Source: Sporopachydermia quercuum
Taxonomy: Eukaryota
Assembly: GCA_001599295.1 (NCBI GenBank)
Contig: BCGN01000002.1
Location: forward strand, 2,170,001-2,234,000
DNA: 64,000 nucleotides
Direction of reading: 5' to 3'
Below are positions 44,201-55,246 of this stretch, in pieces (position 1 is the first letter of the stretch; every line of letters begins with the position of its first letter). The notes below the pieces were generated by a model. The model was not told the origin of the DNA, did not search any database, and saw only the letters and a list, made by a program, of their open reading frames with translations. A program made the translations under genes and the position numbers.

Positions 44201-45872
44201 GAATAATGGTGATAGCGATAATGACGACAAAGTACAAGACTGTATCAATGATTACAACAGTCATACTACTAACGATAACAATGCTAATATTGTCGATGAA
44301 ACAACTTATACTTTTGTTGTAACTGAAAACTCTAACGAACTCGAAAACGAAAACGACAACAAGGAAAGTATTATGAATAATCATGTTGAACATAACAGTA
44401 GTAGCAACAGCAGTAGCAACAGCAGTAGCAACAGTGATACTGCTAGTAGTGCTGCTAGTAATCCCAGTGATGATGATTCTAATTGTAGTATCAACCATAT
44501 TTCTATCAACGACAAGGAAAAGGTAAACAAAAAAGAAAGCGAACAGGATGAAATTATGACTGATGTTGTAGTTGATGTTGATGACAATATTAGCAGTAAC
44601 AATGTCAATGTTGTTGTTGGTGGTGGTGATGACAATAATAGCGGNCATACTGCTATTTGTTCTGCTGGTTTTAGCAATAATACTGCTGTTAATGCAAATA
44701 AAGATGCAATTCCAATTGATGATGCTAAGAATATTAGACGTAGCAATATCAACAGCAGTGTCGACAGTAATACCACTGTTAATACTGGTATTGCCCCCGT
44801 TGATGACATTATTGTTGGTAGCAACAATGTTAATGATAATAGTGACACTAGGAAGAATGTTGATGGTATTGCTGAACATGGCAATAATACCAGCAATAAC
44901 ATCAATAACATCAATAGCGATACCCCCAGTATTGTAGCAACAAACAACGACAATAATTCATCTATCCGTCTTGATGATCATTACATTGATAGTACCGCTA
45001 ATACTGCTAATAACAAAAATAAAACCGTTAACAGCGGCATTAGTAACAGTAACAGTAACGGCAACAAGACAGTCGCAATTTCAAACATAGCTGAAAATGA
45101 ATCAATTAACGTCAATGGAATTCGGGAAACCAGCGAACTATCACACGCAGATAATACAACAGACGCTACCCCTTCCACCCCACTAAGCTCCGATTCATTC
45201 ATAACTCCGGAATTTCTTATTGCAAATGGAATTAAATGCTATACTATCCGACACCGACCGGGTCAATTTGTGATCAAATTCCCAAAAGCCCGTTCGGCAT
45301 GTGTAAATCTTGGGTTTAATGTTCTGGAAGGGGTTAACTTTGCAGGGCAGGATTGGCTGAAATTCGGATTTGACGGAGAAAATTGGCTGTCGGAACAGGA
45401 GACCCCGCCTTTATTAGATGTTTCATCACTAATAATAGTGTACGTGGAGAATAATAGTGGGGAGAACTTAAAATGGATCAAACCTTATATGGACCATGTT
45501 TATGTGAATGAGATGAATATGCGGCTTGATTTTCGGAAGGCAGCTGGCGAAATAAGCGAGATACCGGAAAGAGTAAATCGGAGTGTGTTTTGCGGCTCGA
45601 TGATATGCAGTATCAACTTTAAACCTTGTTATTTATCCCGCGTTGTTGTGTATGAGCATGAGCACAGTGAGGCAACTAACGGGGCAACAAGCGGGGTAGT
45701 CGGAGAGGATGAAAATGAGGTGAAACTGTTTTCCCTGTCGGCTTTATTAGACAAATTACAAACCGGAGATGACAGTGATTTGAAAGGGAAGAAATATGAG
45801 TTAGTGGTTAGATATACGGATGAGGAACTGAAGCAGCTTGTTAGTAAAGTCAATGGGATAAGTGAAGGGTAG
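41283..45872 (+). CDS. ECM5: JmjN-ARID-JmjC chromatin protein (Ecm5/KDM5-like), predicted catalytically inactive, with a large insertion inside JmjC
   Basis: JmjN APTFWPSAEEFQNP..FGMAKIIPP; ARID LPSIDKRPLDLY..KKLWAQIGRELGY; JmjC VEYGGDIHS..GSGFP, PWLYVGMLFS, PGQFVIKFP. Lies upstream of MMT as ECM5-MMT1 in S. cerevisiae. Confidence 0.88.
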   Translation: MNQASGTSASTKGSSHNDKKETTAAATSVAEKSSVSHKAQYPNSGNRLPGRVPKQKSTTRNRKNVSAIEVSNLKIPGAIPITIPIVKQKSRSRNTNVKSRSGSSLEGALSSASASASTSGSVSTSTSTSTSASGSSTHHYNPFTYPQSRSRANPPLHLALVTTKNDVKENLLPREAPSNRSTSFLSSEPYPEPAETYSNPMNIPQAPTFWPSAEEFQNPAVYIEKIRPEAEKFGMAKIIPPLSWNVSFALDTELAWFKTKRQVLNALKDPEEAKQAFLEELNLFHKLRNSSIARLPSIDKRPLDLYHLRNGVQLRGGFHVVCGKKLWAQIGRELGYSGKIMTSLSTSLKSSYYKLIYPYDEHVRKYGKVRWDKVGQAEENSGVEGEIEESKKETSEIIAEEKEECTTSDISTSGQPPRKKLKPSNNSPSRASSSYLNKQTAPKIQASEPEIRRNLETLRGLKYPTYFSNATDDRKINTAFPTNGTSGYSLEKWDHGXETLDNSKYDTKDAPLYNLKQFFEKSKQFEENFISERNLNSILVSEELLEKEYWTAVKDLNQAIEVEYGGDIHSVVHGSGFPTIERGSRNCGELIDAWNLNNFSLNEGFLLRYLDYPAISATLPWLYVGMLFSTEAWTVEDHFLSKVIYSHLGDTRIWYTVPESEFDKFEDLVRGKRGMCGNDSSLETVDFSISNNKTPQSSQANCLAKPKNSGNPVKVSLFDAEPTREERPYDAVSAPNKITNDSIKEEKEDKESKNDTGKAIKSAESIYHIRNVERISNSITSGINDTVESTAIFNSDDKETIHSTIVTSDSITGDTLSNTSCADSNASNTNTADEITISTSSNVTSTTAGTNDTTFNSNHNAIGNTIDGMTIDNAIENTVENTKYNTSNSIDSIGTSNNYNNHCNSTSNNTVVIPSIITCNSINDSIKNNQNTAHNNEHKSMKDDANISVDATAGTTKDNTKNGTSESIDDDTMNNGDSDNDDKVQDCINDYNSHTTNDNNANIVDETTYTFVVTENSNELENENDNKESIMNNHVEHNSSSNSSSNSSSNSDTASSAASNPSDDDSNCSINHISINDKEKVNKKESEQDEIMTDVVVDVDDNISSNNVNVVVGGGDDNNSXHTAICSAGFSNNTAVNANKDAIPIDDAKNIRRSNINSSVDSNTTVNTGIAPVDDIIVGSNNVNDNSDTRKNVDGIAEHGNNTSNNINNINSDTPSIVATNNDNNSSIRLDDHYIDSTANTANNKNKTVNSGISNSNSNGNKTVAISNIAENESINVNGIRETSELSHADNTTDATPSTPLSSDSFITPEFLIANGIKCYTIRHRPGQFVIKFPKARSACVNLGFNVLEGVNFAGQDWLKFGFDGENWLSEQETPPLLDVSSLIIVYVENNSGENLKWIKPYMDHVYVNEMNMRLDFRKAAGEISEIPERVNRSVFCGSMICSINFKPCYLSRVVVYEHEHSEATNGATSGVVGEDENEVKLFSLSALLDKLQTGDDSDLKGKKYELVVRYTDEELKQLVSKVNGISEG

Positions 45873-45949
45873 AGGGCAAGGAATCGGAGAAGATAGTAGT
45901 ACTCAATCTTGTTTTGCATTTCGGAGATTGTGAGAACGAGAACCTTTGG

Positions 45950-46860
45950 AATGGAACTCCGGAACTCCGGGGAAGTGAATGATGGCCCCGTCTTGCCAAC
46001 CTAAAAAGATATTCTGGCACAAGCTGATTAGTTGATTGAATTAGTATCATAATGTCACCATTTTTGTCTATTAAGAACCCTCCACAAGAAGAAACAATAG
46101 TAAAAAATTGGAGGTGCAAACGAACGTTATTGGCAAGAATAAGAACGTAGAAACGTTGACGGTTGACTATTGAACCTTCTTGTTGATAGCAGGATCATTT
46201 ATTCTTAATCTTGAAGCACCTTTTCTCTAAGATTCCAAGTCATACAACGGGGAAATGAACGTTGATGTTCAGAGGAGGATTTGGCGGAGGTAGCCAGACT
46301 TTTTGGCGGGGCAGATCTTCTCAAGCTTATAGCTGACATGTCGGCTGATGATATGCTTTGATAATAGATAATAGATAGAACGGTAACTGAACTGTTGTAA
46401 TTCTTGTTATAGCTGTTCTTATACTTATAATGATAATCTATTATTTCAACCTAGACTTTCGTCATTTCCTCTTAACTCCTCATGTTATATTGGAATCTCT
46501 TAATGTTTCTAACTTACTGCTAATAATATTGTTACATTTTCCCTGTGAAAAGAATACTATGAGGAAAAGTTGGGTAAAACTTGGTTTTCCTGTATCTTCA
46601 ACACTGGCGATGACATTGGTGTTGTTTCCCTCGCTCTCCGCTATCAGTTCTGTTGAAGGTGTAGAGTTCCAGATGACTCAAGAGTGTATTTTGGTATCAA
46701 AGCACTTGATTTTAGCTGTGATTTATTATGGCTATCTCGTTTAACATCATCAGTAGCTAAATCTCACTCTTAATCTTCTTCCAGTTCAAAATTATTATAA
46801 TCAGCTACCGTGTTTTCATCAGCAGCAGCATTCGGGATTCACTNCTCTCGGGATTCACTA
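45950..46860 (-). pseudogene. Possible decayed coding sequence of unknown origin
   Basis: Minus strand reads as protein-like stretches (NAAADENTVADYNNFELEED*E*DLATDDVKRD..., STPSTELIAESEGNNTNVIASVEDTGKP) broken by stops and frame changes. No recognisable domain. Confidence 0.2.
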
Positions 46861-47830
46861 GAAGAGATACTTTATTATTACTGGTAGTACCAGTGTCTAC
46901 TACACGTCAATCATACGTAATAAAGAGATGAGCTTTTCAACTGCAATTATCTTCTAATTCTCTTTTATTGTTCTTGTATTTCACGTGTATCTCACTTCTA
47001 TTTACATTTCATAGATCTCATACAATGGCACATATGGCACATGTGTATAGACAGTTCTTCCCAATTCTACGTAAGATACCATGAATATAGTCAATTGTGT
47101 ATTTAACAAATGTTCTCTTAAATACTTGATAATTTATGATTTACGTGGTAACATAAGCTAAGATAATTCCATGAAGTGCCATTTTTGAGCATCGGAACGA
47201 AGAAGTCAATGCCCTTGATTTGATGATGTAAGAAACAGCCAGGAGTCGATCAGCTACTAAGTTCCAAGTACTGTTTTGAATAACGGCGTAACTTTTGAAT
47301 AGTGGGACAGCAAGTTATATATGTCGCCTTATATTAGCAATTAAGTAATAGTATAGATAACAAGAATATTATATAAAAATAGCTAAATTAGAGCCCCCAC
47401 ATATATAGAGAATAAATGAACTTCTTTCATGTAAGTAATAGAGATCCTTGACCTTTCCTATAGTTGAGTTGCTGAAATCAATAGCGTTGCAATTTGTATT
47501 TGAAGCTATTTGTTTATTCACTATACTAGCTAATTGGTGTAATTGATCATATGCTATCGTATACTTATTTAAGAATATTCCAAATAATAATATCCTTAAT
47601 AATAACAATAAACTATCTACGATATAACTACTTGCTAGGATAGAGACAGAATACATATAAGCGTGAAGTTAGATTTCTAACTGGGCTCAAATATATACTT
47701 TTTTCTTTTTCTCACTACGGAATTAAAGATTATAAGTTGTCTAATTATTCCAGCACTTTACTGTTGGTGCTAAAACACGTTCGTATGGCTCTTTGCCAGT
47801 TGATATTCTACAGTAGAAGAGAAATAGATG

Positions 47831-47875
47831 TTGTGGCTCATTGTGGCTCATTGTGGCTCATTGTGGCTCATTGTG
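47831..47875. repeat. 10-bp tandem repeat TTGTGGCTCA x4.5
   Basis: Directly visible in the ECM5-MMT intergenic region. Confidence 0.9.
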
Positions 47876-48805
47876 ATTTATTGTCTGTATATAGAAATTA
47901 AAGTGGAAGAGGCCCCACCTTGAAATTGGATTTCGGAGTTAAAGTCTGAAACTGGAGAAACTTACTAAACTATATTTGTACAAATTTCCCCCGACAAATC
48001 CCGAGTTCTTGTATCTGTGGTAATAGAGTATGTTTTATTAGTGTGGTGGTTCACCCCTTAGTTAAGATACAAAACAGGTAACGTTAGTGTTAGTGACAAA
48101 TCGGCGACTGAAAAATCAATCAAGAATTGGAAGATTTTATACTTGAAATGGAATTAATATAGTTGGTAGTTGATGATTAATGACCAGCATTTGACTATTA
48201 AAATGTTATTGGGATTATTTTATTCATTTGAAGGATTTTCATAAAAAGAGTTGAGAGAATCTTGATGTACTGTTGAAGCGAAAATTTGGATTCGTCTATG
48301 AGAATTACTTTATCAGTTTTCTCTCGGAGATAGGTAGATTATTAGAAGGGTAAGAAGAAGAGGAAAATTTGAGATAGAATAGTCAAGCGGAAGTCAAGGA
48401 AAGAAAGTTAGGATATTATTAGGCAAATAGAGTGTGTCTTGAGAGAATCTTTACTTTTTGTCCAACTGACATTCGATATAAGGAAACATAGGATCCGTAA
48501 TTGCATAGAATATTGGTTGATAGGACCTGTGATTTAAATCGTCTTGCTTTGATTCAATTTTGTGCATTCGGACTAGACGAACCAACACTGTTTGGTCAGA
48601 ACCATATTATTGCAACAGTGGTTTCAATGATTCACAACACTGATATTGCTTAAGGATACAAACAAACATTTTGTATTAAGTGAGCTATAGTTCAACACAT
48701 AAGGTAAAGAAAATCCGCTGAGTTAAATATCGTTTCACCTAAATTTATTCAATTTTATTTCGTTCTCTTTAGTGATTTATCGTACAGTCATCCACACACT
48801 CCGCA

Positions 48806-50377
48806 ATGCTTATGACAGTCAAACCGAATATACGACTGCTGAACATCACATGTTGCAGAGTCAGCAGTAGTACCAATATTACTACTGGTGTTCACTGTGT
48901 TCGTGGTGGGAAAACTGGGAGCAACTCTGCCAGTAATTTTGAACTTGTCGCATCGTTATGGTTGAAACGGAGCTTGTATACGCAAGCATCAACTGCAACA
49001 ACTAGAAGGTGTACTGGGATTCTCCAACCTCAGGAAATGCGTTTTCAGAAAGCAGTTAGACAGAACAGAGTGTTTGCTACGTTTGCGGTACTGCAGAATA
49101 TGTCACAAAATATTGGCAAGCCACAGGTACAAAAGGATGGAGATGGAAAAGAGCACAATCATGAACAACAGCACAATCACGAAGAGCATAATCATGAAGA
49201 ACATAATCATAAATTAAACAGCAATAATCATGACCACGAACATGATCATGCCCATTCACACGGCCCCTTTAGTCTACTACACCACGACCACCATCACCAC
49301 AACCCAGAAGAAAACGTACTTCTGACAGAAAAAGGAAGCATTTGGAAAAACCCAGTATTAAGAATTACCTGGATTGGTATGTTGGTTAATGTAGGAATGG
49401 CTGTAGCTAAAGGTTTTGGCGGTGTAGTGTTCCATTCACAAGCATTACTTGCCGAAGCTGTGCATTCCTTCTCAGATCTTCTGTCTGATTTTGTTACCCT
49501 TTTCACAGTACGGTTCAGTTCAAGAACTCCAACAGAAGACTTTCCAAAGGGGTACGGGAAGATTGAAACTCTTGGAACGGCTATGGTCTCAGGACTGTTA
49601 TTGATCGCTGGTTTGAATATAGGTTGGACCAGTTTGGTCACTATGATAGGTCCTTATGTTCCCCATGAGGTTCTTGATGCTATCACTGGTATTATTGGCG
49701 AAGGGCATTCTCATTCCCACGGACCTGCGGCTGGGGATGGTCATACTGTTGATATCAATGCTGCTTGGCTTGCTTTGCTGTCCATTGGTATCAAAGAATG
49801 GTTATTCCGTGCTACACTGAAAGTAGCTAAAAGTTCAGGTTCTACCGTATTAGCCGTGAATGCATGGCACCATCGTGTAGATAGTATGACCTCTTTTGTT
49901 GCTCTGGCAGCTATTTCTGGCTCTTATTTCTTAGGAATGAGTCTTTTGGATGCTATTGGAGGATTAGCTGTTTCTACTATGGTGGTTCGTATAGGTGCTG
50001 AAGGTGTTAAAAATGCTACCATGGATTTGTTGGATAAGGTAATCCCTAAGACTGATGAGAGATATCAAAATGTTCTTTCGCAAGCTGCAAACGCTTTGAA
50101 AACGTTTGCCCCTGAAATTAATGGCAAGCCTATTGAGTATACTGTAGAAGGATTGAAATTACTACCATCAGGACCTAATATGGTTGCGGATTTGAAGATT
50201 GGTGTTCCTGCTGCTGATCATGATATATCAGCAAATGATTTGATCAATTTATCGCATAATGTACGTAGTAAGCTTTCTCATGACATTAAACAGTTGAAAC
50301 GACTGACTATAGAATATGAGTTAGATACAACAAAGAAAGCAAGAGAAGAAAGAGAGGGAAAGCAAATCAAGAAGTAA
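48806..50377 (+). CDS. MMT1: Mitochondrial cation-diffusion-facilitator iron exporter Mmt1/Mmt2
   Basis: Arg-rich presequence, His-rich loop, RITWIG..VNVG, SQALLAEAVHSFSDLLSDF, GYGKIET, NAWHHRVDSMTS. Confidence 0.93.
   Translation: MLMTVKPNIRLLNITCCRVSSSTNITTGVHCVRGGKTGSNSASNFELVASLWLKRSLYTQASTATTRRCTGILQPQEMRFQKAVRQNRVFATFAVLQNMSQNIGKPQVQKDGDGKEHNHEQQHNHEEHNHEEHNHKLNSNNHDHEHDHAHSHGPFSLLHHDHHHHNPEENVLLTEKGSIWKNPVLRITWIGMLVNVGMAVAKGFGGVVFHSQALLAEAVHSFSDLLSDFVTLFTVRFSSRTPTEDFPKGYGKIETLGTAMVSGLLLIAGLNIGWTSLVTMIGPYVPHEVLDAITGIIGEGHSHSHGPAAGDGHTVDINAAWLALLSIGIKEWLFRATLKVAKSSGSTVLAVNAWHHRVDSMTSFVALAAISGSYFLGMSLLDAIGGLAVSTMVVRIGAEGVKNATMDLLDKVIPKTDERYQNVLSQAANALKTFAPEINGKPIEYTVEGLKLLPSGPNMVADLKIGVPAADHDISANDLINLSHNVRSKLSHDIKQLKRLTIEYELDTTKKAREEREGKQIKK
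49152..49300 (+). repeat. Coding HNHEE-type 15-bp repeats and His-rich tract in Mmt
   Basis: EHNHEQQHNHEEHNHEEHNH...HDHEHDHAHSH...HHDHHHH. Confidence 0.8.
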
Positions 50378-51444
50378 GTGGAAAGAGCAGGAGAAGGCGT
50401 GAGTCTTATGGAATTTTTTGTATATGCAAACAGCAATCAGATATGATTTGATGTTTATCAATGCGCAAACTGGATAAAACAACTAGAAGCATTCAAATAG
50501 AACGAAGAAGAGAAAGAAGAAGAGAAAGAAGAAGGAAAAGTAATTTAAGTAAACTTATACCCCCTCTGAAAGGATAGTAAAAAATCGATGATGATGTTAA
50601 TAATACTTTTGAGTATTCATGATAATATTCTCCCACATTTATACTCATATAATTATTTATCTATAGATTATTATATTAGGACCCCTGTTTATATTTCAAT
50701 ATATATGAAGATAATATTTCAAGCACTAAACCTTGGATATCGTGGAGATTAATATACAATAATACTATATAATGATGTCTCATAAGAGTCAAAATACGAA
50801 TTTGATTGTATATGCTGTTGGTTGATTTTATGATTTAATGGAAAAATTGAGTATATTTCATAAGCAGAATTAACATTAAAAAAGCTTATTTAATAGTCGA
50901 TTCTTATTCGTGGTTGATGTTTATTTTGTTGATTTATCTATTCTGTGTAATCAAAGTTGGCTCTATAAAGAAACCTGTCTTTCTACTGGCAATTTATGCC
51001 TAATTAGTGTCAATTTATGCTACTTCATGTCGCTGCTTCGAACTCGACTTATGAATTATTGTTGAGCAAGTGTACCTTTGTTCAATTAATGTACCTCCCA
51101 TTGTCCGATTAACAATTTTCAATTCACTGGACATTTATTAACTAGGTATTAGCATACTTTGCATAAATCCATACATTTACTATGTACTTGTTGTGCCATC
51201 ATCGTACTTCAGAAAGCATTTTCAGCGGAACCTGCTTTGTTGGTTATTACCTTTTTTTACAATTACTGAACATTCGTTAACAATATCATCTACGCTACCA
51301 GTATTTCTGCTTTCTTATTTATAATTTCTTAAAAACATTCAAACAATTTAACCAAAACTCAATTTTTTTTTCAATTTGTTTATATCATATAGCATAACAT
51401 AATTGATATAATGTGACTCATAATTGTTATGTAAACAGATGCCA

Positions 51445-52864
51445 TCAGTTCTTATGTTGTTCATAAATCCAATCGTTTAAACCATAACGGTTTCTGCAAA
51501 TTTCAATTGCATAAAATTGTAATCGCAAGGCTAAAANTACTGTTAGCAATATGTTAAGAATTGAAGCAAAAAGTAAAAGGATCTTAGGACATTGACAGTT
51601 GCTGATGNTTAGCATTTGGTTGCTCCGAAATGGTATTCATCCTATTTTTCATCCTTTGATTAGACAACATGACCAGCAGCAGCTTCTGTAGAATTTACTA
51701 GCTCTGACAAACAATTGATAGTTGTTCTTTTCGTTATTGTGTACATGTTACTATCCCATGCTTGTTCTGTTGCTCGTTCTATCGCTGTTTCTATTGTATT
51801 CTACTGTTATTTATACCACTTTTCTATCATTATTTCTGTTCGACCTTCACTTTTACTCAAATACCTCCTAATCATCAACGAATCTCACAATCCTCCCAAT
51901 TGTTCGCCCATATACTTACCAAAAATTGTAGTGTCTTGATCATATTCAGCGTTTGAATCAGTTCTTAGCAAAGTACCAAAATTATAATCATCGACTTTGC
52001 CTTCAAATTCCTTCATGAAAACTCTCCATCTTTCTTTTCCTTCCTTGGACTTCATAGCTTCTTCATTAATTGTTTTCACTCCTTCCTTGGTTAAATATTC
52101 AGGAAATTGTTCTCTAACAGCATCAAAAACATCATCATCAAATCTGAATACAAATGTTAGAATTTTCTCAATAAATAAACAATAATAGCAAAGAGTTACT
52201 AGTGAATAATTGGATAATTATCAAGCTGTTATAATGCTAAAAGAGCTACGTACTTTGTTAGCTTAAGCTTACTGCCTGGTACTTTATTTAATAAATTCCA
52301 GTAGGTCTCTGATGAAAGCTATGTTAGTAATCATGAATATATTCAGGTAAGAACAATGTTGATATTACTGTTTAATGTTCTGCAAATAACATGAATAATA
52401 ATAGACATAATAAATAAATACTAAAATGCAATAGATAGAGACATAGGCATTATAATAGACGAAAGCATCAACACTTACCAGCTTGAGTAACTGCCTTGAC
52501 AGCGAATTGCTTCTCGATCTGTTTATAGTGTTAGAGTATATTGAACGTAAAAATATGATAAAGAAGAGAACGTAGAGATTTAAAAGTAGACATTCTATTC
52601 GTCGGTTTTATTGTATGACATTCATTATTTTCGTTTTAGGTTGATTCGGTAGAGAACTGTCAGGCACTTTTGTCTTATTGTAATTAGCAGTTCCAACGCA
52701 TTCTTTATAATAAAAAATTACTCTCAGTTTTTGTGCACCTACTTATTAATCCCCTCTAGTTTCTAATCGATTCATTGGCTCTCCCTGTAATGAGAAATCA
52801 TAAATAGAAAATTACTTACGTCTTCGAGATTTTCAGCTTTTTCTGGGTCAAATGTAGATGTCAT
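51445..52864 (-). CDS. YPL225W: PBDC1 / YPL225W family protein (eEF1A co-translational chaperone Chp1). Exons 52864-52820, 52518-52479, 52308-52254, 52143-51920, 51530-51445
   Basis: Spliced MTSTFDPEKAENLED|IEKQFAVKAVTQA|ETYWNLL..KLKLTK|FDDDVF..KSKEGKERWRVFM..DDYNFGTLLRTD..TTIF|ALRLQFYAIEICRNRYGLNDWI. Four introns with GTAAGT/GTACGT donors, CTAAC branch points and YAG acceptors. Confidence 0.93.
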
Positions 52865-54141
52865 TTCTTATCACTATATTGCTTGTTTGAATTTGTGAAG
52901 NTACGTAGATTTTCATAACCGCTCCTGTTGGCTATCGATTTTTATAATTGTAGCAACCAAAAAGGTAATCGAAAGGTCAAAACAAAATTAAGAGAAAGAA
53001 AAGAAATAACTAAACCAATCTAATAGAAAAGCACTCGTAGATCTACAGTAAAAGACTAGAGTGATTTATTCCTTTTTGTTCTAGAAGTGATATTGCAGGT
53101 ATTGCACATGACNGTGCAGGTCAAGCGCAGTAGGTTAACAGTAGGTTAATTTAGGTCATCACGTGAATGAGGGTGGTGGTAGAATCTATGGCAGGAGAAA
53201 TCAATCGACTAGATGAAGATGTAGAAACAAATCAATTGATAGAGTTGTAGAAGATTGTAAAGTACTCTAGTCTTTTCTATGTTTATAAGATTCAGAAATT
53301 TTTCTTTCCAATGGCAAGGTCGAAAATGGTAGTAGCTTTTTTTCTTTCTTTACCTCCCGTGGTCCTCCCGTAGTTCTCCCGATAGGGTTCCCATAAGAGG
53401 TGGTTCAAGGAGTGATTTGCTCTTCTCTTTCCCTAGAAAACTCAATAAGAGCCACATGGTATACACATTACATACTAATCTTAAGAGGTATCAATCTAAA
53501 TTTTCAACTGACAAAGAAAACAAATTATTTTCGACTTAGGTACAAATTACAGCGAATTTCAAAATGATACTTTTTTCAGTCATTCTCCTTGGTTGATTTA
53601 AAACATATTAAGTTAGTTAGCTCCCTCCCGCCTTAGATGCATTCTCTTGATATTTGCACTACTTCAAATTTCGGAAATTATTCTTCTTATTATCTCCTAC
53701 CCTAGTTTTGGACCTCCGGTCTCCCCACATTTTCAGACATCTCCCACTCTTAAATCGCAGAAATGGCCCACCGAGGATTCAACTCACCTACTGCTTCCTC
53801 TTCTTCGTTTCTACATTTAATCGTCCTTTGGGATCTTCATAAGTTTTGCTGCTAAATACTTTCAATACTACTCAATATTAATCCGTACTACGAGTTTACT
53901 GTACTTTTGATTTTCTTCGAAGTNGGATACTAAGAAGATCAATCGGTAACACCTCATTGAGAAACTCAATTGATATCNCACGATCTCAAATTGCCTTATT
54001 TCTTATTCTATTACTTTTTTATTCCTTTAGACTGATCTAGGTGTTTATTCGCACTTACAAGTCAATAATACCTTTATCACTCTTCCTGATTCAATTTCAA
54101 CAGCAAATCATCTCATTTATCATCTGCATCATCTTAGCATC

Positions 54142-55246
54142 ATGTCTGCATCTACGACTACCAGTTCTACTTCTACGCCTATAGTTCGAACAGCGGCTTG
54201 TCTTATCATTGGCGATGAAATTTTAAACGGAAAAATCATTGATACCAATTCCCAGTACTTCGCAAAATACTGCTTCCAGCTGGGAATTGATGTTAAAAGA
54301 ATTGAAGTGATTGGTGATGAAGAGGATGATATTATCAGATCGATTCAGTATATGTCTGAGAACTATGATTTCATTGTCACTTCTGGTGGGATTGGTCCTA
54401 CACATGATGACTTGACATATGAAGCAAGTAAGTATTTTTTTGATAAGAGGAGTTTTTTGTTCGATGTAATATTATAATATTATTTAGTCTATCTGATGAA
54501 TAGTATCATCAAGTGGTACGATTTCTTTCCATATTATGATCTATTCCTTATCAGTCAGATCATCTTACTTTTTGTAATTTCCTACTAACAGTCTCTTAGT
54601 TGCTAAAGCGTTTAATATGGCAGTGAAACTAGACCCTATAACAGTCGAACGAATGGATAGGCTCCGCAAGCGAACTATTGCTAATATGACAGATGAAATT
54701 AAATCTGCTCAACATAGGATGGCCATTTTACCATATGGTGATTCAGCTGAATACTTATTTCCTATTGAAACTCTCTGGGTACCAATTGTGCGTATTGTGG
54801 GTAAAATACACATCCTCCCAGGGGTTCCCCAGCTGTTTCAGCAGCTTTTAGAATCGTTAAAGCAAGATTTAGAAGCAAGAACAGCAGTAGAAAGACGGTT
54901 TGTTCGTTTCTTCGTGTCTTGTGATCTTCCAGAGTCTGCAATGGCTCCTTATTTAACTAAGCTTCAAAATAAGGTAGACGATGATTACAAAAAGACCAAA
55001 GAAAATAGTAAAAGCCAAAATGATGCAAATTCTGGTGATGCGATTTATTATCCTGTTAAAATAGGTAGTTATCCTCATATGGGGCTTCAAATCAATACTG
55101 TTAGTATTATTGGTCGTCAGAAGGATGTTGAATATCTTCGCAATATTGTAAAAGATGTTGAGAAGAATTTACAAGGGGAAGAGATCAGTGCAGAGCAGGA
55201 GAAAGCGTATTCAGCTAATAGGGACATTGTTAAACTTGGGAAATAA
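54142..55246 (+). CDS. FPY1: MoCF-biosynthesis/CinA-like domain protein (FAD pyrophosphatase, YMR178W/Fpy1). Exons 54142-54427, 54600-55246
   Basis: TAACLIIGDEILNGKIIDTNS, TSGGIGPTHDDLTY, spliced |IAKAF, ILPGVPQLF, VKIGSYPH. Intron 54428-54599 (GTAAGT..TACTAAC..TAG). Confidence 0.9.

Noticed and set aside
43728..44953. Long antisense ORFs (383 aa and 190 aa) inside ECM5
   Set aside because: Shadow frames caused by the RNY-codon low-complexity insert; Ile- or Leu-dominated translations with no domain.
43295..45190. Intein or mobile intron inside JmjC
   Set aside because: No recognisable intein splicing blocks or HN-C/S/T junction, no LAGLIDADG motif, and no GTAAGT/TACTAAC pair seen.
46981..47120. 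Point centromere (CDEI-like TCACGTG)
   Set aside because: Not followed by a >90% AT CDEII and a CDEIII CCG motif. The CACGTG sites at ~6265 and ~53160 fail in the same way.
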